Origin: Tubiluchus corallicola
Taxonomy: Eukaryota; Animalia; Priapulida
NCBI GenBank assembly: GCA_030141605.1
Contig: JAQGDQ010000021.1
Coordinates: forward strand, 186,001 to 250,000
Length of the DNA stretch: 64,000 nt
Direction of reading: 5' to 3'
Shown: in pieces, positions 55,101 through 64,000 of the stretch
Layout of the letters: every line of letters begins with the position of its first letter
Numbering within the stretch: position 1 is the first letter of the stretch
Program-made: the position numbers and the translations under genes
Notes under the pieces: model-generated
Database searches by the model: none
The model's input: the letters and a program-made list of their open reading frames with translations, nothing else
Told to the model about the DNA's origin: nothing

Positions 55101-58100
55101 GAGATTCGCCACACGTTTGCCTTTGTGATGCTAAAAGTATTGAGGTGAGTGTGTGTCATCTGGTGAGCGTGAGAGGAAACTCCATAGTACAGATTGTGAG
55201 TGAGTGAAATCGTAGTTAATGCAAAGCTGGCAGCTTTCTATTTTTAGTTTTTTTGTTCTCCACTCCTATTTGTAATTATATTATGAAAAAACTTACATTT
55301 ACACTGATTTGAATTGTTTTTTTAGACAATGATAGTTTTAGCTGATTAGGAATTCTAAAAATTATAAAACCACTAATTGCTTTGGAGCGTGATAGTTAAT
55401 AAATTGCAATACATTTCTAGTTTCTTTATTTATTCACGCAACGTCTTAGTTAACTCACACCATTACATGAAAAGCTCAGCACTTAGTCAAAATAAGTAGG
55501 TGAAGGTGCAACTCATCGAACCAATAACTCAGATCTTTCACCATTCTCAGAAGTGACTGAAAGTAACTGGTGTCATATTCAGGGCATCTTGCAGGTATTT
55601 TATGAGTTTGTTTTGTAAGTACTGGTTAGAAATGAGTTGTTTTTATACTCATGGTAGAAGCTGTTTCCAAAAGTGGCAAACCTTTTTTAGTATTTTCCGT
55701 TGTGGCCATTTACACTGGCAATACGAGTGCTTGTAAACCTGTACACTAATTAGTAAGTGTGTGTGAGATCCTACTTTGGTTTCGATTGCGTTGTTCTATT
55801 ATTTTTGTCTGTGTTATTACCGTAATTGTTCAATAGTTTCAAACTTCAAAGTTTTAGTAACTACTTCACCAATAGTTATGGTACCTGCCTGTATTACAGA
55901 AAAATAAGAAAAGTTCTCTATCCTCGCATGGTGGATTTAGTGGTAATGCTTTTCCATAGTTGATATTCAGTTTTTAATCAGGTAATTTTGATCAGTTAAT
56001 CAGAATGCTAATGTGTGGAATGCAGGTCTTTTGTGAAAGCTGTCATGGATCTTGGTTGTTGTCGCTGGATCTTTAATGCTGAACGTGGATGATTCTGACA
56101 GTCTAGACTATACTAGTTGTATTCATGAGTAACATGTTGCCTGGATGAAATTTAGTTAATCAATTGCTCTCGGTCTTCTGTGTCAGTTTCTTGCTTAAAT
56201 AGGTTGTTGTATCTTGGCTTGTGAATGTGGCTAGAAACAATTTTAGTGGCCAGGCTTTAACAGTAAAGATGTACGTGTTTTTACATTATAATATGGAAAA
56301 TTTGCATAATTTCAGAGTTCTTTGAGCAGTTGATGGGCTGGTGTAAAGAATACAGACCTTTTATGAAAACTTACCTGGGTTTTGAAGCATGGTGCTGGGT
56401 TTTTGATGCAGAAGGTGTCGAGGTGAGACAGCATATTCCCTGCACCATTCCCAAAATTTCACATATGTTGTGACAATAACTGTTCCTGATGCTGTTTTCT
56501 AGATTATTGAGCTTTTTTAGGGGCAGGTGATGTTTTACCAATTAGGAAGCAATTGAATAGAGTACTAAAACAGCTGCTTTGAGTGTAGCTTTACTAATAA
56601 TCGTATTAAGCGTTTTGTCCAGTAGGGTCAACCGAGGAAAAAAGGGCCAACCAGGGAAAAGTATATTATCTCTGTATGATCTATTTTCTCCTGTTTATTA
56701 GCCCTCTTTCCTTGGGGTTCAATTTTTGCTGCTGTGCTTTAGCTAAATGGAGTTTCCTCTCACTTTTCAGAGTTCTTCGAGCAGATTGTGGAGTACTGTA
56801 ACACATATGGTCCGTTCTTTAAGGGGTTGATAGGCAATCAGCTTATGGTTGTTTGTATGCGAGCTGAGACTGTCGAGGTACAGAATCCGAAATTTTGGCT
56901 TAAGATATGGGCAATTAAGAAAATATCAACAATATAATAATGTAAACTGGAAACTTTGCCCTTTCAAAACTCGTTTTCTGGAGCCGTAATTTTGTCCGTT
57001 AATAAAGGTTTGGTAGTTTTGAATGCATGAAATTCCTAGTTCTTTGATTCTTTTGTTATAAAATTATGGTTTAATTTATAACTGAAACTGGCATGTTTGC
57101 GTGAAAACTAAATTACACTGTTTTTAAATTTGACAGCTTTTTAAATTACATTTTTTAATATTGTAAAAAGCTTTCAAGCTGAAAGTATTTTTTGCTCTTG
57201 GACTGGAGTATCTACACCATTTTTGTCATGGTACATTTTTCATGACATCCTGAAATTATGGTTTTATCATTCAGTTTCATAGAAATCTAGATTGAGGATG
57301 CGAAAAGCAGAGAAATGTACCACTACAGTATCGGCTTTGACCGAAATTTATTAGTTAAATATGGTGTTTTACTATCATCGTCTACTAACTATCATCTACT
57401 AATCGATTTTTTGTTTTTTGTTACATTTGAATCATTGCAAATTCTTACTAATTATATCATTTTTAATCACTAGCTTGTGAATCTTTTAATAACTGAAGTG
57501 AAGAAATATTCTGCTGTTTGTGTCTACTAATAGTGTAGAGTTTCCGCTGAATTGAATTGCTAGCAATTTTTTTCTGATTTCAGAAATGTAGAAAATGATT
57601 TCCTGTTGATCTGCTGTACATGCCTTTAAAGTTTTAGCAGTTGTGAAAAAATGATGTTTACACATATCCAAACTTTATCTTAGTTTGCGTGTCATGTAGT
57701 TTTCAACAGCTATGTAACTGTGTGGAAATATTAAACGTTGTAAATTTTTAACTTTTGTATTATGATTATGTGAAATGGTAATTTTGTGTAACAGTTCTTC
57801 AGTATATTTAATGAAACAAATATTCATTGAATTCATGTAATTAATGTAATTCATATTACGTAGGTTGGTATTGGTAAGTTGTTAGGTTGACTGATTAGTT
57901 TAATTATTGATCACTAATTACAGGCAATACTCAGCAGTTCCAAGCACATTGAAAAGTCGCGCGATTACGAACCACTTCATCCATGGCTGGGAACTGGCTT
58001 GTTGACTAGGTAAAAATTTACATCTCGTAAAAGAATGTTAAAGTCTACAGACACCAAATGGAATGTTAAAACATATTTAGTATTACCTTGATTTTTAGAA

Positions 58101-61100
58101 ATATACTTAGGGATTTCCGTGTGGAATTTCCGTTTTCAGAAATTTTCATATCATTTTACCATCTGTTATATATGTTGTAAATTTTGTAATAATTGCTGTT
58201 GTGAACAGACCAGCGTTTATGTTTATTTTGTTATTTGCAATTGACACTTTGTATGTCAATGTGTCGCATAGTTTATGTTGTTGCGTGTACGCTTTACGTG
58301 TATAATAAAAACTGACATTTTTTGCTCTAACAAGGTAGATCTACACAGAAGTTTTGTAATCACAATAATTTTGTGTTTTAGCACAGGTAAAAAGTGGCAT
58401 TCACGTCGTCGATTGTTGACGCCAACATTTCACTTCAGCATTCTCAATGACTTTATCGACGTTTTTAATGAACAAACGGAGATTTTTGTCAATAAACTCA
58501 AGGGCGCAGCTGATGGGAAAACCATTAACATCTTTCCCTACATAACCTTATGTGCACTTGACATCATATGTGGTTCGTATTCTCCCTTCCCCTTCAGACT
58601 GTCTTTAAATAAATAACTTGCATAATGTTACTGCTTAACAATTATACTGTTCTGTTCACTTTTTTATTGACCTTTTATTTTGTTTCTTTTTATTTGGTAT
58701 AAAAGCAGTTAAATTAAGTAGAGATAGTTGTATTGGTCTTAAAGAAAAAGTTCAAAGCCTCTGGTGTTTCTAATTATCTTTAGTAACAAGTTTGATTGCT
58801 AAATGCTTTTAAATCTTATTTTAAGTAACTTATTTTGGTGCGAGAAAGTCTGAACTACTGCAACTAAAATGATTTTTGCAGATGCTGCCATGGGCATAAC
58901 AATGAGTGCACAAGCAGAAAGTGAATCAGAGTATGTTAAAGCAGTTTACAGGTACTGGCATTTCTCACTCATTTAACTTTTCATTGATCATCTTCGTAAA
59001 AGCTATGTTAAATACTGAAATAAGTCTTACATTATTCTAGTGCTCTTCTTTTGGTTCTATTGGTCCTTTGCAAAAGCTGAAGTATGTCAGAGTCTTTCTT
59101 TGTCATCTGCGCTAAGCTCCAATAAGTCACCTAAAATCTTGGATATAGTTGCATTGTTTGGATTGTTTCAGGCCATATAAATATTATGCTGAACAAATAT
59201 CGACCATGTTGCATCATTTTTGCTAACTGATTTAGAATGTGTCAATCACTCAATTCTTAACCGTTTCCTGTTGCCTTCAATTATTTATTTATTGTGTGAG
59301 AATTTTGCTTGGTTTACTTAGTATGCAGCATCAATATAGCTTCAATGACAGCGTCAAAGCTAGTACTTTGTTGACAGGCTGGGCTTGCTAGTGCAAGAGA
59401 GGCAGAAACAACCGTGGTTATGGAACGATTTTATCTACTTTAACCTTCCTCCAGGCTGGGAGAGTAAGAAACTGATTAAACTGCTTCATGGTGTGACAGA
59501 AAAGGTATGTGTTAATTTTTTGCATTTCTTAAAATTCATGTAGCTGTGTGAGACAAAATGGCATAAATAAATTGTTAATATTACTGGTTAACTTCTCATC
59601 AATTTAAAGACACATGGCATTACTAATCTGTAATAATAATTAGGATTGTATGGTCTTGCACTGAACCACTTCAAAGGAAAGGCCAAGCCTTCTGAAAAGT
59701 TGCGTTTATGTAAATGTTTGTGAAAAATGTCAGAAAGATCTGGTAATAAAAGCCTTAAGTAGTAAAGTGTGATAAGCGCCTCGTGTAATTAGTACAGTCA
59801 CTTTAAAGTCACGATCATCACGTTGGATGAATTGGCTTTCAAAATGGGCATTCCCATTTTGAAAGCCAATTCATCCAGCAATGACGTCATTTGTTGATTG
59901 AAGAAAGGTAATACATTGTCAATTTCCAATAAATGCATAATCAGTTGTAAAAAATTAGATAGCTAATTTTGTGTTATATATGTATAAACGTTAGGTAGGC
60001 TGCAGAAGTTTGAATTAGTTTAAGGAAAGCCATGATTGGTTTAAGAAAAGTCACAAAGTCCACCAGTTACATCATAATTTTCAAGTGAATGTCAGGTGTC
60101 ACCGCACCTGAAAATTCCTATACAGCAGTGTATACAGTTTTTTGCAAACTTCTTTCTAAGTCTTTATATTTTTCTAAGTTTAAGTGATAACAACAAAATG
60201 TATTGTATTGTATTGTATTGTACAGTACTGTGTTTTCACTGTTTTGGTTCTTATTTTTTTTGTTTGATGTGGCTCATTTGTCTGATGTGTGGGCTGACAG
60301 TAGTTTAGAATCCCACTACTGATTTTTCGCTTCAGGTAAAGCTTTCAAAACTTACTTATCTCTAGTTTTCTGTAGATGATATTTGATTTGTTGAATGCCG
60401 AAGCAGCCTCTTAAATAATAGATGAATAGTGATTGACAATAAACTAGAAACACATTAGAACTTGTTGATGAATGTTTAGGTGATTCGTGAGCGTACTGCT
60501 ACACTAAAACAGCAGCATGACGAGCATCGTGTTAAAGAGAAACATGGAGAGGCTATACAGTATGAGTTGATTGGGAGCCGTAAACGCTTAGCTTTTCTAG
60601 ACATGTTGCTGCATGCATCCGATGGAGGAAAGACTCTGTCTTTTGATGACATTCGTGAAGAAGTTGACACATTCATGTTTGAGGTATATTCCATGACAAA
60701 AAATTGTATATCTTGCATTTTTTATCTGTGCAACGGTTAACAAGCTGTTATCATCATAATCATCATCATCACCATCGTTATTTGCACCATTCTTTTCATA
60801 GTAATTAGCTGCGTTATTTATACTGTGGAAAGCTGTGGAACTAAATTATAAGGTATTTAGATGTGGATATACTTTTGTTGGTTAGTTCTGGTTTTAAATA
60901 AGCCAAAGTCTGTAAAGAGTTGTTGCTTATGGGCCTGTTCAGATGTAGAGACTTCTTTTGCAACTTCTCTCAGGAAGTTGCAAGTCATTCACACTTTGCA
61001 ACAAGTTGCAAAAGAAGTTGCCAAACCATTCACACATCGCAACTTTACTCTCAGAGAGAAGTTGGGAGAGGAGCCTCTACATCTGAACGTGCCATTAGAT

Positions 61101-63413
61101 ACCTGCCTTTTCTCTTAAGATTTAATAAAGGATGCATCAAATATTCTCCCATAATTCTCACCATACATTTATCACTATGTGATATCATTGACAGTTGAAC
61201 TGTATCTATTACCATGGACAGTTAAAGATTTAAAGACGGCCTATATAATATGTCCAATATTCATTTTAGCCATGTTGATGGAAATTAATGATAGAAAATA
61301 TCCTATAATTCAGGTTTTTAATGCACCTTAACATTTAGGGACATGATACAACAGCAGCTGCTATGGCATGGGTGACACATCTGATAGCTTCCCATCCTGA
61401 TGTTCAGACCAAACTACAGAGGGAAATGTATGACATCTTCGGTATGCTTTGTAGTCTTGCTTTGAATGAAATCACTAGATAAATTAATTTTAGCAAATTA
61501 AAGTTTTCAAGAGATTTTTTGTCCATAAGAACAAACGTTTAATAATAATATGTGTAATGGTTAAACTGGGTTAGTTTTACATTACTGAGTTACCACTCAT
61601 AATTGTACTCTTCCGTGCTTTGTCGTTTAATACTGTGTTAATACTAGGTATGAGAATTGCTGCTAATGCATTACCAAATTAGCCTATTAAAAAGAAACAT
61701 TTCAACCTGTTTATTATAGCCTACTGAAAAGAATCATTTTTACTTGTTTATTAAACTAACGATTTGTGTAAGATTGTGTCCTTATATTGCAGCTACTTGA
61801 TTAATTTTAATTGCAAAACTAGTTGTATACAAACTGCATTTCTATCATGCAGATTATGAAGGTGTGGTCGCAACTCTGGAAACCAGACAGTTATAATAAA
61901 ATTCGTGGCACATGCTCATTTACATTCCATACATAACATACAGGACTTTTCTCATAGTTTCCATACAACTACAGTTTAATAAGTAAATTTACTGCCTCCT
62001 TGATGTAGTCAAAGATTATTTTTTGTTATCTGTGTAATCTGGTGCAAATTGTATAAAATTAGCAAGAAAAATTCCAATACAGTAGTGTTTTACTTGTGCT
62101 TTGCAGCATAAGCGTGTACATTGTAAAATATTCTAGAGATACTAGTGGTGTCAAGGCGAAACTAAATGAGCTTATTTTTGCCTGTACAAGGCATTTCATC
62201 AATTTTTAAATATGATATAGTTAGCAGCAATGTTTAAACTGCATCTACCTGAATTTTGCCTTCAGTGCTGCTTTAAAGGCTAAGTGATCTTTCTTCGTAT
62301 GTGCTTGTGAATGCTTGCCTTATATTCTCTTATAGGTGATAGTGACAGGAAACCAACGATGAATGATCTCAAAAACATGAAGTATTTGGACTGTGTTATA
62401 AAGGTATTTATCTATAAAATTTTAGCTAGCTTGTACAGTGATAATGATTATATAGGTACAGTATGGACTTGAATGAGAGAAATAGATTTTGGTAATGGAG
62501 AACACATTATTAATGATTATAAACTTACAGTCATCATCTAATCATTATAATATTGATATTTAAAGGAAAACCGGATGATTGTGTAAACACGAGTTCAGAA
62601 TAAAGAATGCTGTAAAATATTGAAAACTACAATTGCTTATTTTAAATCAAAGCTTAGATTTAATAATAATTACCTCGGATACTCAAATTTCATAAACTGT
62701 CAAAGCTACGTGCTGCTCAGTGAATCTAAGATTGGCAGCGGTGCCTTTTTGTTACGTGCGCGTGGCCGACAAATAGAAGGCGGTACCGTGATATCCATGA
62801 TCATGAACTGCTGTGTTAGTTTCATGACATCATATGATGTAAAGTCCATTTTTCGTGACATCATGCGATTAAGCAGCACTGTAACACCTATGCAAATGTG
62901 CTTGACACGCAAGGAAATACGCCTGCCATTGCACAAACTGTGATTAGTTTCTGACGTAAGCAATAGCTGTGTTCGGTTGACGTTAATTGACTTTCTAAGC
63001 TAATTATTCAAATACAAGGAACAATTGTTAACTTTTATAGGCAAGAAAATGTATATTTTGGACAGTAAATTAAAATGTGATTGAGTCTAAACCACCGATC
63101 TTCCTTTAATAATCTTGAATTTAAATTAGAACTGTGTCTATTTAAAATGGTTGTAACACGGTAATAACCGCCACATGCGGAATTGGCTTAAAGCAACATT
63201 CAGATTTTTAGTAAATTGCCAGTTTGGTAAACTAAACATAATGGCAAATGAGAACTTCTATTAGGCTTAATTAAATGCCAGTTGGAAATTTTTCTTTAAG
63301 GAGTAATTTCATCAATATATTCCTAACTAATTGCTTTTATTTATAGGAAGGTCTAAGGCTATTTCCATCAGTTCCAATGTTTGCCAGGAAAATAAATGAA
63401 GATTGTGAAATCC
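52192..63413 (+). CDS. CYP4: Cytochrome P450 family 4 (CYP4V-like), 3' end beyond the window; exon 2 triplicated
   Basis: Exons 52192-52363, [55038-55144 | 56316-56422 | 56771-56877], 57924-58009, 58382-58572, 58882-58951, 59378-59504, 60480-60683, 61339-61441, 62336-62403, 63347-63413. N-terminal TM anchor, IPGPP..PFFGNA hinge, [28 protein letters not shown] (WxxxR), [25 protein letters not shown] (CYP4 I-helix signature with Glu), [17 protein letters not shown] (ExxR). PERF and the heme Cys are not in the window. Confidence 0.95.
52605..53863. mobile_element. Non-autonomous DNA transposon with 9-bp TSD (Mutator-like) in CYP4 intron 1
   Basis: Exact TSD TAATTGAAT at 52596-52604 and 53864-53872. 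Imperfect TIRs GGCAGTGGCTAGAGGTACGGATCCGTAC / (reverse complement) GGCAGTGACAAAAGGTACGGACCCGTAT. Recurrent ACGGATCCGT palindromes. Confidence 0.8.
53615..53814. repeat. Minisatellite, ~5 copies of a 38-bp unit inside the transposon
   Basis: Unit GGCGATCCGTATTTTCTCGTCAATATCTTTCGCGGTAC, head-to-tail with no spacers. Confidence 0.9.
55038..55144 (+). CDS. CYP4: CYP4 alternative exon 2a
   Basis: TTTTCAG|...GAG|GTGAGT, 107 nt, (E)[35 protein letters not shown]. Confidence 0.9.
56316..56422 (+). CDS. CYP4: CYP4 alternative exon 2b
   Basis: ATTTCAG|...GAG|GTGAGA, 107 nt, (E)[35 protein letters not shown]. Confidence 0.9.
56771..56877 (+). CDS. CYP4: CYP4 alternative exon 2c
   Basis: TTTTCAG|...GAG|GTACAG, 107 nt, (E)[35 protein letters not shown]. 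Confidence 0.9.
59824..59877. other. Perfect 25-bp inverted repeat with 4-nt loop in CYP4 intron 6
   Basis: TGGATGAATTGGCTTTCAAAATGGG-CATT-CCCATTTTGAAAGCCAATTCATCCA. Confidence 0.9.
62564..63105. mobile_element. Kolobok-like MITE (TTAA TSD) in CYP4 intron 9
   Basis: TTAA at 62560-62563 and 63106-63109. TIRs AGGAAAACCGG / (reverse complement) AGGAAGATCGG. CpG-containing core. Confidence 0.6.
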
Positions 63414-63574
63414 GTAAGTTGTAACATTCTGTTATAAAGTCACACTTTTTTGTGAACTTTAACTAAAGAACCTCATTTCAATTATTGGACTCAGTGTATT
63501 GCTTTGTATCATGCATTTAGTATACCAATGATTTGAGAAAGTTTTACTTAACGTTATACACCATGGGAGCCAAA

Positions 63575-63988
63575 TACAGGGTGTTTCATAAGTTACTAAT
63601 TTGATTTTCAGTTTTCTTTATTACTTACTGACTAATGACATTCATCTTGCAGTAAACCCTTGCCAAGTAGCTGAAAAAAAATTTGAGTCTAGTTTTGGAG
63701 TTTTGTGCTGTTATGATGATATAGAGCCGGAGGTGTGAAATCGCATAGGTTGCTTGCTCGCCAGATCATGGACCATGCACTGTCTTTTTGCAGGGCTACA
63801 CCAAGAGGAAAATAAAGTTTGCCACCAAGCTGCAAAACCTCGTTTAATGTCAAACATGAAACCAAATTTAGTGCTACCAAATTATTATGAATCCAAGACT
63901 CAGCAACCTAATTGCCATATGGTTCCTTTTAAAATTGTTATTTTAGCAGACTTTTTAAAAATAACAAGGGTCTCGTGAAACACCTTAC
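63575..63988. mobile_element. MITE, CAGGGTGTTTCA-terminal family (copy 2)
   Basis: TACAGGGTGTTTCATAAG ... GTGAAACACCTTA. Shares subterminal blocks with 15423-15642. Confidence 0.65.
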
Positions 63989-64000
63989 CTCAAGGCACAT

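Noticed and set aside
52400-57900. Additional (fourth) exon-2 paralogues
   Set aside because: Visual scan of other TTTCAG/TTTAG acceptors in these introns found no further EFF.Q...C..Y.P-type segment; a highly decayed copy could have been missed.

Overview
AT-rich, intron-containing invertebrate animal genomic DNA, not prokaryotic. Most of the supplied short ORFs are noise, so the genes were rebuilt by hand from splice sites and reading phase. Five spliced protein genes: (1) TIMM9 (+, 339-1738, 89 aa); (2) a gamma-butyrobetaine dioxygenase/BBOX1-like 2OG-Fe(II) oxygenase (-, 10048-7399) with a GC-AG intron, a mitochondrial-type presequence and an eroded Zn site; (3) an unrecognised 462-aa low-complexity protein (-, 24557-15169), possibly driven from an RFX X-box promoter at ~33.84 kb; (4) a ZBBX-like B-box protein (-, 49979-39452) whose last visible exon runs into a retrotransposon relic; (5) a CYP4 (CYP4V-like) cytochrome P450 (+, 52192 to beyond the window end). 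The best finding is in the P450. Exon 2 exists as three tandem, deeply diverged but intact 107-nt paralogues that keep frame only if exactly one is used (mutually exclusive splicing). A perfect 17-nt complementary pair links the intron just after exon 2a to the 3' splice site of exon 2c, the 2b-2c intron has hairpins, and the upstream donor is GC. Together these suggest an RNA-structure-controlled three-way switch of the P450 substrate-channel region. Introns and intergenic DNA carry many non-autonomous DNA transposons (Tc1/mariner-, hAT-, Mutator-, Kolobok-, Academ-like), two RLE-type non-LTR retrotransposon relics, Penelope-type hammerhead remnants and microsatellites. Family assignments come from recalled motifs; no database search was run.
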